Part shown: in pieces, positions 26,281 through 38,642 of the stretch | How positions within the stretch are numbered: position 1 is the first letter of the stretch | Layout of the letters: every line of letters starts with the position of its first letter | The notes under the pieces: generated by a model | What the model saw: the letters and a program-made list of their open reading frames with translations, nothing else | Told to the model about the DNA's origin: nothing | Databases searched by the model: none | Assembly: GCA_023231475.1 (NCBI GenBank) | Contig: JALJEE010001081.1 | Location: 1-64,000 of the forward strand | Length of the DNA stretch: 64,000 nucleotides | Direction: 5' to 3' | Origin: Seison nebaliae | Taxonomy: Eukaryota | Made by a program: the position numbers and the translations under genes

Positions 26281-26513
26281 TGTTCCAATTATTCCAATTC
26301 CAATTTTTTTTTATAAAATGACTTTATCGGATTGTTTTCGTCAAATAAATTTGGAACAATATGAATTTATTCTTCTTATATCATTATTAATCTTGTTGTT
26401 GTTATTGTTCTTTTTAATTAAATTTATAATAAAAATATAATTTAATTAAATTATTATAATTTTATGAATTGATGGAATTTTGAATGGAAGAAAATTTTTC
26501 GAATTATGGAAAA

Positions 26514-27041
26514 CTAAATAGAAAGTTCATTCGAACCATTTTTTGACGATCGACCTTGTTTATTAGAAGATGTACTAGGTGGTGATGGATTTGATGGTCG
26601 CACATATGGTGAACTGACTTCTCGGTCGATAGTGGAAGTGAAAATATTTCTTTTCGACGAAGTCTTCCATTTGTGGGGTGGTCGCCAAAGATCTTCAGAG
26701 AGATTGAGCATATCTGTCACTCGGAAGATGTTCGACGAATTCTCCAATTGTATCAGAGATTTTGTCAGATTAACTGAATTGGAAGTAGTGGGAGGAGGTC
26801 GAGTGGTTAATGGATCAATCAAATTGGTTGTCGTGCGGAAATAACTGAACGAATGTTTAGTCACATTAGTTTCATTTGCATTTTGAATTGATTCCAATTT
26901 TTTTGGAATAGTTTTAGAGAATTGATTCACTTTCGATTTGTTGGGAGCGGAATTTATTGATCTTCCACGTCTATTCATAGATGGGGATGAGTCACTGATA
27001 TTTAGTGACTTTCTAAAACTAATTTTCAATTCGTCTTCCAT
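26514..27041 (-). CDS. Orphan Ser/Thr-rich 175-aa protein, single exon, X-box upstream
   Basis: ATG-initiated 175-aa ORF with coding-like composition, followed by an AT-rich 3' region. No recognisable domain. Confidence 0.55.
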   Translation of the reverse strand: MEDELKISFRKSLNISDSSPSMNRRGRSINSAPNKSKVNQFSKTIPKKLESIQNANETNVTKHSFSYFRTTTNLIDPLTTRPPPTTSNSVNLTKSLIQLENSSNIFRVTDMLNLSEDLWRPPHKWKTSSKRNIFTSTIDREVSSPYVRPSNPSPPSTSSNKQGRSSKNGSNELSI

Positions 27042-27138
27042 TCCTCACACACACATATGTTATTGGAAAAAAGAAAAACGGCGAATGCTTATTCTCCTCC
27101 TTTCAATTGGCCTTAAACAAAGAACTTTATCACGCATG

Positions 27139-27152
27139 GTTGTCATGGAAAC
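27139..27152. promoter_or_regulatory. RFX X-box (GTTGTC AT GGAAAC)
   Basis: Matches the RFX/DAF-19 14-bp X-box consensus, about 100 bp upstream of the ATG at 27041. Confidence 0.6.
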
Positions 27153-27798
27153 TGTGTAAAGATAGAAATCTAAGAAGGATTTCGTAATATTATTTCCAAA
27201 TGTCACCACCATTGTGTGACAGTTTCATGACTTCTGACTTTTATTCCTCCCATTCAAATTGCCACACGTCAACTCCACTTACTTAGCGAAATAATAATTA
27301 ATCCTACACAAATGTAGCGTGTCTCAAGTCATTTGGAGAAGTAGTTTCAACAAACTAACGACAACTGCCGATGGACCCTAAGAAAATTTCCGAAATGACT
27401 TCGAGACATATATCAAACTTAATTCCTTTAAAAAAAACATGAACTTACAATAGTTTTAATGTGTTTTTTCAACTCGAAACTTCCTATTGGACATTGAGTA
27501 TTTTGAATGACATATAGTTCCATACATAGTTCCAATGTCCAAAAGGGGAAAATAAAGAAATTCATTTTTCTTCGTCAGCCAAGAATTTACTTACTATCCT
27601 AAACATCTGACATGGGAGAGAGTGAGTTGGTGAATTGGCTGGTAGTTTTCGGATGAATTTCTGACTAATAATCCAAACGTTCCTTTAGCATTACTCTACC
27701 GCCTATCTATGTGTGTATTGAAAGTGTTTATTTGTATTAGAAAGAGAAGAGGTGATTGGGATGAAGCAATTTATCATTGTGTATATGTATACCCCTCA

Positions 27799-27858
27799 TA
27801 CACACAAACACACACACACACACACAAACACACATATACAGACACACATAAGAACACA
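27799..27858. repeat. Imperfect (CA)n microsatellite; similar tracts at about 35868-35900 and 57926-57955, and (GGAT)n at 56581-56604
   Basis: Read directly from the sequence. Confidence 0.8.
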
Positions 27859-28632
27859 TGTGCGGCTGTCGGAGTTGTGGTATATAAATAATAATAATTG
27901 TCATGTAAATTAATTCTTTCTTTCATTCCTTTCTTATTCACTTATCTTGTAAGCCTATTTCATTCTCGATCGCTCCTCCAAATGCCAACATTGTATGTAT
28001 CTCCTAATAAATAATTATCTCCACTCCACTCCACTACTACGTCAATTAGTGTGGCATTGTGTGCACACGTATTTCGACATTTATTTCCTTCCAATTCTAC
28101 CTCCATCCTTCTTTGATATTTCCATCGACTGTTGCACGGTCCTGACTCGTTTGGCACACCAATAATGATAAATTTTCAATAATATCTCCTAAATTTTCCC
28201 CCACGTATATCTTCTCAATTGAGGTGGAGAGATCGGTAAATTTATCTTCTTTGAAGAGGAGAAAGAAAGAAAGAATAATCGAATAATATTAAAGAGTTGT
28301 TTCTCCTGATTGTGTTGCATGTGGAATCTGACTGAACATAGTTCTTTCTCTCTCTTCTTGTCGTTCTCTCATTGTCAGATTTCACTACACCTTCCTCTTT
28401 CATCGTCTCTCCCTTCCCCCCTCAATCATTCTCTCATCAATCTAATTTGAAAGTTTTTTTTGAAAATTTCAAGAAGATTCTTTTCCTCAAATCAACTTGT
28501 CATTCGAGTGGTCTACAACTACCGCATACCTAGTTCATTCACAGGTCCATCATATCCAATCGCCATCATTCAGTCACTAACTTTTCATCAAATTCATCAT
28601 ATCCTGTCAACCGATAATGTCCCAATAAAAGA

Positions 28633-29517
28633 ATGGCGAAACAATACGACTTTCTCTTCAAACTGCTGTTAATCGGCGATTCGGGAGTAGGTAAAACTTG
28701 TATATTATTCCGCTTTAGCGAAGATGCTTTCAACTCAACATTCATCTCTACCATCGGTATCGATTTCAAAATTCGAACGATCGAATTAGATGGAAAGAAG
28801 ATCAAACTACAAATTTGGTTAATCATTTTTCTTCCATCACTTTCACCACCAATTACCTCATGTTTAGGGATACAGCTGGTCAGGAAAGATTCAAAACGAT
28901 AACAACAGCATATTATCGAGGTGCAATGGTTAATATTTAATTTATTTTCTCCCATTAAATTCTCATTTAATCACCATCATTTTCAGGGTATTATGCTCGT
29001 GTATGATATTACGAATGATAAATCTTTCGACAACATTCGTAATTGGGTGAGGAATATTGACGATGTTTAATTTTTTCAAATTTTCTATTTCATATAATTT
29101 TTCAATTTAGCATGCATCACCTGATGTGGTTCGCATGCTCATTGGAAACAAATGCGACCAAGATACTAATCGAGTTATCGAATACGAGAGAGGGAAGGAA
29201 GTTCAAATTTTCTTTCTCAATTTCAAATATTTTTTTCTAAATGAATTTAAATTTATTTTAAATTTAATTTTAATTTGTAGTTGGCAGATACATATAATAT
29301 AACGTTCTTTGAGACGAGTGCTAAAACTAATCTCCATATAAGTGAAGCATTCGAGAGTCTAACAAAACTTATAAAGAATCGAATGGAGAACATGAACAAT
29401 GATAGCAAAGGTGGGGGATATATTCAGCCTACGAATCCGGACCCCGTCAAAACATATCTTCATTCAAATTCGACGTCAAAACTTCGTGTTTTCCTTTCGA
29501 AATGTTCTGTTCTATAA
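28633..29517 (+). CDS. RAB8: Rab8 small GTPase; introns 28818-28867, 28929-28986, 29065-29110, 29201-29280
   Basis: [70 protein letters not shown]...GNKCD...ETSAK. The C-terminal CaaX (CSVL) is typical of Rab8. Confidence 0.93.
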
Positions 29518-29835
29518 CACATCTTCCATCAACTTCACTTTATTTTTTTCTATTTTATTCGTTAAAACGAATAAATCTATTCAACAAATGAACTGAAATC
29601 TTCTTAAATTTGAAATTTTGAAAAATTTTTTTATTATATCTCTCCAATTTGTCCTTTCGGACGAGAACGATGAACAAATGAAGAATTTTTTTTTCGATGA
29701 AAATTTCAAAATTAAAAATAGCAATTACTATTTGTTTGTTTTTTTGACAAATTATTCACATATTTCTTCTCTCTCCAATTACTAATCGAATAACCACAAA
29801 AGACGTAAGACATAATAAATTCCATTAGTAATCGA

Positions 29836-32800
29836 TTAATCGTCGTCGCCGAGACCTGTGATGGATAAGGGAGTGATGGAACGGACGATGCCATGCACTC
29901 CTTTCTGAAGTAACTTCGTATCGAGACTCGTAAAACGTTCATCCATTTCTTTCCCGATATTCTCCTCATCAATCTCATAATCATCCACTACACCAGACAA
30001 TGTCGTTTTTCTGGAAACTGTATCGTCTTCCGTCATCGATGTCGGACTAAGAAATACGGGAACGTTATGTAACTTATCTTTCGGTTCATCAATGTCCAAT
30101 AACAAATCAACATCATCTCCATCATTTTTGTTGTTGTTGTTATTTGAATAATTATTCTCATTATTTTGAATATCTTTCAAAAAACTGGTATTCATATCGG
30201 CGAGTGCTGATGAGAATAATTGAGACATTTCTGCATCTAATTCTTCACGTTTCTTCTTTCTCAATTTCGATTTTTTCTTACGGAAACCAAAATGTTTTTT
30301 ATTCCCTTCATCATTCGGATCTCCATCTTCATCATCATCTTCCGACCATGAAGATTCATTTACCGAATCCTCCACTCCCGACGAACAAGCCGATGATCCA
30401 CTTGTCTCATAATTAATTTTTGGAATATGAGGTGAGGTGAATTTAGTTTGTTCTTCCTCATTATTATCATCATTTATGGACGTATCGATCGCTTGAAAAT
30501 TTTCACTATAATTCGTGAGGAGACTCGTCGATTTCGGTTCTTTACTACTAAACTGAATTTCGACATCATATTGAAAATTCGCTTTAGTTCTCGCCCATTT
30601 CTCTGGGGGAATTGATGGTTCCGGTGTAACGGCAATCGATCTGATTTGAGCTTTCGATGCGACGCATGCTGGCAGACTATATTCGATGGAGGCGAATCTC
30701 AGATATTTCTCCGGTTCCTTATCGAAATCCAATAACTCCAAATCACAATTGAACACATGTGTCTTATAAGCGGCTAATGAAAAAATTTGAAAATAAAAAT
30801 TATAAAATTTCAAAAAAGTAAAAAAACCATTTTTCTTACCCAATAATACGGCAGCACTTGGAATTTGATCGATTCTCCAGACTAACGATTTAAATGCTTG
30901 TTCATATTTCGCTTGACCAGTCGATGTTTCCATTAGATAAGAAGAATTCTCATTTTTTCCCAATGCTAAAATTCGATCAAAGCCTCGAATTTTTCCCGTT
31001 TTCTTCTTCGTAGAATGAATGGCACCGTATCGATTATGTTTCTCCACACGGAAATGATAAACCCAATCATCCGGCCAAGGAATTCTGATGCAAACATCCT
31101 TACATGCCGCTTTGGCAGTTACTGCGTAATCAGCTACTGTAACTTCAACCTGAGAAATTAAAAAAAAATTATTTCGATTTGAAAAATGGAAAACTTCAAG
31201 TTTGATATGTTTCTTCCAAATATTCATCGTCAATTTAACCAATAAAGGCATTTCGTAATTGGGAGGAATTGACGAACGGAATCTCGCTATTTCTACACGA
31301 CATGCATCAGGTGGAATTAGATGTAGTGCTCTCGATTTTTTAAATTCTGTTAAGTCGGCACATTTACTCAAGAGCCAATCCCTCGGCTTTATCCACTCTT
31401 CCGTCTTCAATGGAATGATATCATATCGACCAACAATTTCATGACCTATTTTAAACAATTTCAAGAAAATAATTAAAACAATATCAAATATGAACCTTGT
31501 CGATCGATATCATTGATTCCAATATCGACGACTGGAGAAACGCCTTTGAGGAAAGCTTTCATAAATATTCGTGTTCGTACACGAGAATTCAGAAGTCGTT
31601 GTCCGATAAATTGATGATTCTCCGCTATTTCGTCAAGCTCGATCTCGTCTGGAACGGTTTGCATATCATCAATAGTTTTTGGATTTCGTTTTGAATTGAA
31701 ATAAAGAATCCTTCCACGAAACTCATCTCTCATTTCACAATTGATTTCTTGAGCTTTATAATTTTGAACCTGAAATGGACGATAATGTCCAGTTAGAAAA
31801 AGAAATTCAAAAATTTTCAAACTTTCGATCGATTAGGAACGGCGTGAGTGAACAATACATCCTCGATACAACTGACCATCGATTGAAGTGCTTCATAATC
31901 GAACGAAGCAATTTTACTCAATTCATGTTTAATGACAGAAGCATGATCAATGAGTATTCCCACGTTATCTTTTCTCGGTTTGGAGAAACGTTTCATTAGT
32001 CGTTCAGGTAATTGGAGAATTTTATCTGCTTTCAATTGGAGAACTTCTTTATATCCGGGAATGATGAGTTTGAACGTATGAATTTTCGTATAAGTGTCGA
32101 AACGTTGTAATTGTATTTTACCGATCTAAACAGAAAAACGGTAAATGAAATTGATAAAATGATATAACTTGAATTCCATTGATTAGTGGTAATTCGTAAA
32201 ATGGAACTCTCGTGTCCAATTCATGAGGATGAAAAAAAAGTAATTTAGCCGGAGGTTGTTCATTTAAAATTCTTTTTAATTCTAAATTATTTGAAAATTT
32301 TAAATTTATTTAATCAATTATTATAATGGAATTTTAACCATCAGCAGACATTTCGTCGACTTTCGTTCGTAGTGAGTGAGTGAAATCTTTGGAAGGTATA
32401 TGAAGCTCGATGTAAACTTGAGCCCAGTCTCGTTGATCTGCTAATTTGACTAAGGTTCCAGCACCTCGAATTGAAGCCAATTTGGAAGTGAAACTATTGG
32501 AAGAATTACCGACGGCTGACGTAGGCATATTATCATGTTTATGATTGGAGAAATCAACATTCGTACTGGCGACTAAACCGACGTCAGAAGGTGGAGACAA
32601 AAGAGGAACTCGTAAATACATCGACCAAGCCAAGATTTTTGTTCCGTCATCGTTGAAATTTCTCTCTTGTACTTTACTACCACCACCATCAGCATCTTCC
32701 AACGTGATCGGGACATCGGCTTCATGTTCTCTTTTTGTTGTAACGGCTACCGGTAAACGACCACTATAGAAAGCAGGTAAAATGGCTGTTAAAGGATCAT

Positions 32801-34967
32801 AAATTTCCAATTTCGGTTCTTCAATTTTCTCATCAATTGAACGTTCTTCTTCTTCTCTCATTTTTTCGTCTTCTATTCTCTCGCGTTCTTCACGTTCTAA
32901 CATAGTTTCTAATTTTCTCGTTAATTTCTCCTCCTCCTTTTTCACGTCGTCATCAGTCGGTGCTTCTGGAAAATGATAAAGTGCCAACTCGTCCAAATTG
33001 GTCGTTTTCTTCAATTCATCGAAATCTTTTTTCTTCTCTATGCTCGTAACTTCAATTAAATCATTTATCATCTTCTGATGAGTTCTCTTCAAATTCGATT
33101 TATCGAATTTGGGTCTAATTCGAGGTGAAATTGATGTTTCTACGGCTGGTGGTGGTGGTTGAATCATTTTCATTCGATTTTCAATTTGTTCTCGATATAT
33201 TTCATCATCAATTTCTTTCTCTTCTTCATCTTCAAAATTCGCTCCATCCGTGTGGAAGAAATTAGTTACGTCACGCACTTCCGAAAATGGATTCGAAGAA
33301 ATAATTGGTGGTACTCCTGGTGATTCGGGACGTGCAGGTTTTGGCGGTGGATTTATGATATTTTTATTTAAATTATTCAAATAAGAAGACGTTTCATTTT
33401 GTTGTGATATTGGAGGTTGATCTGATGATTGATGTATAAAATTCTCTTTCGGTTTAATTGCGGGTGGTGGTGGTGGGACTGGTGGCTGGGGAACCGGCGG
33501 TTTCGGTTTAGGTGGTAATACTGGAGGTAAATTTTTTGGTTTCACCGAACTCGTTTCAATCCCTATCTGATTTAGAGGAATTTCTTCGATTAATTCTGTT
33601 GATTCTTCATTTATTCCATTGTCTTTTGATGATGGTTCAATCCCATCATTTCTAGTATTGTCTTCGAAATAAACGGACCAATCTGTCGAAGATTCTGGTT
33701 TAATAACTTGTGGCTGATTCTCGTGAAGCATATACGTTGGAGATGGTGTTATTGTTGAGACGAATTCCATCGAATCATTGTCGAGATTGTGGGAAATGGT
33801 GTCGATGGTATTGATGACGGTTTCGGAAGGATACGTTATTGGGATGGTGGCAAAAGGGTCGTTCGGGTCTTGCATATAATCAACTCGTTCATGTTTTAAA
33901 TTGAAAAAATTATCTGGAACGATATTCGATTCGTCTTTTGCATTTGTAGGTTCGGAAATTTCAATGGTTGGGGCGAACATCAACACATTTTTTTTCTTCG
34001 ATTTTTTCGTTTCTTTAATTTCTGATAACGATTTTTCTTCTTCTTCTTCTTTTTTTTCTTCTTCGATTTCTTCTTCTTTTCTTTCTTCTTCGATTTCTTC
34101 TTCTATTATTTCATTTTTCAATATCTCACCAAACAAAGTTTCATGACTCTCCTCTATTTCTTGATCAATTTCTTCTATTTCTTTATCATTCAATTTCGAG
34201 CACTCGTTAATTTCGTTCAATTTCTCCAGTGTATTCGACGGAGTCATATCGTCATCAATTTTCGTCTTTGATGGAAATGATGAGTCGTCGTAAACTTCTC
34301 CGAATTCTTCAACATTTTCTCGAATTTCCGATTCGATAGTTCCATGAAATCTATTTGGATGATTACCATCCATATCAGTTGGAAGCGACTGTTGATGATT
34401 TTGAGGATCGACACCTGTAAATATTCCGTCATCATCATCCACACTTTCTACGAATGACGTTTTGAAAGAATCGGAAGCAATCTTCTCCTCACAAACAGTC
34501 TTATCAAAGAAATGTTTGTCTTCATCTTCATTAAAATCCAACATCGATTTAGGACAAGAACGAGCACTTTTAATATCTTCACTTTTCTCTTGTTCAATCG
34601 ATTCTCTTATCTCCTTCTCACCACTCTCTCCCTCACTCTCTTTACTCTTGAATGAATTCAACGAAAATATTGGAAATCGATCACAATCTGGTTTTCTTGG
34701 TTTCGGTCTCGCTATCGTCGTAATAGATGTTGTTGTTATTCGATCGATGTTATCAGAAATGGATGGTGCATAAACATGAGCGTCATTCACATTGACATTG
34801 GTGACGGTATTATTATTCTGTCGTTTTTCGTTAGGTGGTGTGGCGGTTGGTGTTATGGTACAACTGGGTGTTTCACTTAGTACGGTATATTGTTCTTCGG
34901 TCACATTCAACTTCGATGACTTATCGAATGGATTGAAAACATCGAATTCTTTATTCTCCTTTGACAT
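29836..34967 (-). CDS. STON2: Stonin / stoned-B endocytic adaptor (NPF/DPF motifs, stonin-homology and mu-homology domains); 6 introns between about 30774 and 32338
   Basis: NPF (FNPF, SNPF) and DPF motifs in an acidic/Pro-rich N-terminus. WSMYLR...RDWAQVYI, LIPPDACRVEIARFR, IRIPWPDDWVYHFRVEK, LMETSTGQAKYEQAFKSLVWRI and SKAQIRSI match stonins. Confidence 0.88.
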
Positions 34968-35825
34968 TATTTTCTCATTTATCTAGAAAATTCGATTTCT
35001 TATTCACCAAAGAGTGATCAAGAAGGTTTGTTTTATTCATTCGTGTCGATGAACTGAATTGGTCGTTGAAATGGTGTTCTGAGGAGAACACGTCCTGATT
35101 GGCAATGGACAACTATCGAAAGAAAATGTTAGAGATTAGAGCTCCACTATTCCCTCCATGAATAATTGAGCAGTGACGAATCGATTGAAGTTATTGGAAG
35201 GACAAACGAAAAATTATAATTATTATTCTTTTTTTTTCTTCCACTAATATAATGACAATGATATAATTCTTAATTTCTTCTCGCTAAGGAAGTTTTTCCT
35301 GAATATCGTTCTCTATCAACGACAATGTGGAGGCGAAACGGAATAAAGAGAATCTCAATACAAATGTCCTTCATCTTCCCCAAAATATGCTCTCATATTC
35401 CCGCTCATTCTTCCAAATATCAAGCAAATGCATTATTATGTCATTTCTCTGTGCACTGTATTTGCACCACATTGAACATGCATCTCTCTCCGTTGCCAAG
35501 AATTACGTGGAGGAAATTCAATATGATTTTCGGAGCTATGATAAAATAGCTATATTGTTAGGTTGGAGGATAACCGAAATTTATGCACGATTTGATGCAT
35601 ATATTCTTATCATCATTATTAAAAGACGAAGTAGAGAGAAACCATCGGAAAAGTAGTCTATTCCCGTATGAAAAAGTTGCCCTGTGTGCACAGAATTTTT
35701 TCCTTACGAAACCATCTTTCGATGACTTCATATAGACGCAAAAAAAATATTAAAAGAAAACTTCCCAATTCCACTACTCAAAAGAAAAAAACCGAAAATT
35801 TTATGTAATTTATATGGAGAGTATT

Positions 35826-35865
35826 TTATATCCGAGCATATTTAGGTAAATGTGCTCAGATATAA
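35826..35865. repeat. 40-bp imperfect palindrome
   Basis: TTATATCCGAGCATATTTA-GG-TAAATGTGCTCAGATATAA gives a 19-bp stem with one mismatch and one G-T pair. Confidence 0.7.
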
Positions 35866-36775
35866 CAAACACACACATACATACACAAACTCACACACAC
35901 AGAGACGCAAATATACAGTGACACATATAAAGAGATTTTTGTCATTTCATCTAAAATATTAGTATGGAGAAGCGATATTGGTGGATGAATGATGCATTTA
36001 TTTATCAGAGATGCAATTAGTAACAGCAAGTCAATAATTTTTTATTCTTCTCCTACTAATTCCTTCTACTAATCTTAGAAGGAGTGAATTAAAAAATATC
36101 ATTCACTCACCAATTATGCTCGACGACTCAACTAACTTCCAATACTTATAATATTGGAGGAGAATTCTAGGTACGTCCAGGGGAATATAGTTCTTCAATA
36201 ATAATCTTAAGAGTATAATTCACTTAATTCTATTCATCCTTCTCGTGCTCGCTCGCGATTGATCAATTGTCCAAATGTGATAGACAAATATGGAAGCATT
36301 GAAATGTCTTTAAAATTTCATGTTAATCATCTGCCACGTTCGATGATGAACATCTATTGACGTCAACGAATGGAAGAGAGATTATTTTCGAGAGATAATG
36401 CGGCGAACGGATATAGGATATACTAGTCTACATCTAGTTTTGCTGGGAATTCAAATTAATACATATTCCCACTTGTTTCTAAGGAGACGAGAGGATGCAT
36501 ATTTTGGAAAGATATATTACTCCGCCATCTACACCATCAACGACGAGCGGAAGGTGATATTTTTAATTAGATTTTCTTATTGATTACAAGCAATTCTTAT
36601 TCTCCTGTCCCTCCCTGTCGATTATTTATGAGGTCGCTACTTTATAATAATTAACAATTTTTTCTCCTTTCTACCGAAAAAAAATTTTCGAAAATAATGA
36701 ATTGCACAAATGAACTAATACAACATATAAAGATAAGACGATATCAATTATCTTCAAATTTATTTACATTTTAAA

Positions 36776-38212
36776 TTAGACTTGTACTCTTGAATCGTTA
36801 ATCATATCCAGAATAACCTTTGGTAATTTCTGATGTCTCTCATACATGTTATAATAAGATTGATAACCGAGTTGTGCAGCATCGTAATTGAGTATATTCG
36901 TCAGATCTTTCATAGCGAACGTTTGATTCATATAAGAAGTTCTTCGAGGATTCTTGTGATCGAGGAATTCCCTCGTTGTCATACTAAATGGATGATTGGA
37001 AGAGAAGAAAACTCTATTTCTATGTAATGCTCGTTGACAACTACCACAATCAGTTTTCGGTTTGAAATATGGTTGGGGAGCACATCGATGACAACATGTA
37101 GGTTCTTTATGAGGATCAGCTCGAGGAGGAAATGGAGGTGGAATATCAGCCCCAAAAATCTCAGGACATTGAGGTGTCGAGATAGATGTGGCATTTTTAT
37201 TTCCCGAATCCATCAATTCGGTATCGTAAGCCTCAAGACCTTTTTCATTCCTTCTCCTAATCGTTGACGCCCCATCTTTCTCTGTACAATCTTTGAAATT
37301 ACCATAGCGTTTAGCCACGACCGGTTTCTCAGATTCCGCTTGACGTAACAAACATTTGAGAATTCTGATTTGTTCAGTCATTCCCTCAGAATGACGATAA
37401 CATTCATTATCTAAAGCGATATCATCTCCCGATTCCGTCAACAATTTCAAATGTCTCTCTCTCGGTTTCGTTTTCGGTTGCGATTTCATCCCACAATATT
37501 GATGTGTTGGAAGATGAACATAAATCGGTTTGAAACGTTCATGTGATGGATCGCGTTCCTTATTCAAATCTAACGTTGGACACTTCAATTTATCTAAAAT
37601 GAAATTTTCGATTTCTTTATCCAAACTTTTCGATTTACATTTGAGCGGCTGTGTTACTCGTTTCCGATAGGCACAATTCAATTTAATTTCGGTCATTGAA
37701 AGTTTTTTGAGAACATTCTTAATATTTGGCGGTTTGTACATTCGTCCCGAATAACTATTGTAACTGGGAGAGACATCTGTTGTGTGATTGGAATCATCAA
37801 TATTATTATTGTTGTTGTTGGAATTTTTGTTTTTACCCTTTTTGAAAATCGGCATTTTCAACTTCAAATTTTTTGACGTTTTATTCGATATCTCTTGTTT
37901 GTCTTGTTTGTCGCCCACTGACAATTTGTTGAGAATACATCCGTCCGCACAATGACATTCACAACACACGTGATGACTTGCTCGTGGTGTACAACCGTTT
38001 TGCAACGTGACGGCATCCCACGTCAGATCCGAACATTCTTTCGTCACTTTCATCGATATTTCATTCTCGAACATTTCAATCTGGAGCAACTTCTTCGTCA
38101 AATCGGCTTGAGAGGGACTCAGGTCACAAACACAAAAGTCAGGTTCGGTCAGTGGCGGTTTAAATACCCGAGAGATTTTCTTTGATTGTTTTTCCGGATC
38201 CTTGCCCGACAT
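36776..38212 (-). CDS. Orphan Cys/Lys-rich protein (about 478 aa), single coding exon
   Basis: Long ORF with first ATG at 38212 (MSGKDPEK), just downstream of a polypyrimidine-AG acceptor at about 38244. Several Cys clusters, no recognised domain. Confidence 0.7.
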   Translation of the reverse strand: MSGKDPEKQSKKISRVFKPPLTEPDFCVCDLSPSQADLTKKLLQIEMFENEISMKVTKECSDLTWDAVTLQNGCTPRASHHVCCECHCADGCILNKLSVGDKQDKQEISNKTSKNLKLKMPIFKKGKNKNSNNNNNNIDDSNHTTDVSPSYNSYSGRMYKPPNIKNVLKKLSMTEIKLNCAYRKRVTQPLKCKSKSLDKEIENFILDKLKCPTLDLNKERDPSHERFKPIYVHLPTHQYCGMKSQPKTKPRERHLKLLTESGDDIALDNECYRHSEGMTEQIRILKCLLRQAESEKPVVAKRYGNFKDCTEKDGASTIRRRNEKGLEAYDTELMDSGNKNATSISTPQCPEIFGADIPPPFPPRADPHKEPTCCHRCAPQPYFKPKTDCGSCQRALHRNRVFFSSNHPFSMTTREFLDHKNPRRTSYMNQTFAMKDLTNILNYDAAQLGYQSYYNMYERHQKLPKVILDMINDSRVQV

Positions 38213-38642
38213 CTCTCGCCAAACCAGAAGAGCACTCACCAAACTAATAGAATAGAAATAGAAAGTTGAAACAAAAAATTAAAGTTGAGCCGCCCAATGC
38301 AAAATTATCTTATTTCTTTTTCCATGTTCTCTCTTCTTATTCGACTACTACCGCTCTCAACCGGTTTCGGCTATACCATTCGAACCTGACGTTAATTGAG
38401 AATTTTTGCCCAGTTGAATTTTTCTTTAAATAATAAAATATTATGAAAATTTTTTATCTTCGATTCCAACATAAGCTTAATCATATATTTGTTTTATCAA
38501 ACAATTTTCAAATAAAAAAATTAATTTTAGAAAAATTCAAATTTTATAGCTTTATAAAAAATTGTTTTCTAATTTTAAAGAATCATTAATTCTACGTATT
38601 CTTTGAGAAAATTAAATGTCATTCTTATCTAATGGATGATTA

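Noticed and set aside
36776..38242. ORF upstream of stonin on the same strand, as a possible stoned-A (dicistronic stoned locus as in Drosophila)
   Set aside because: It has no DPF-repeat/acidic stoned-A character, is separated by 1.8 kb and has its own AATAAA after the stop.
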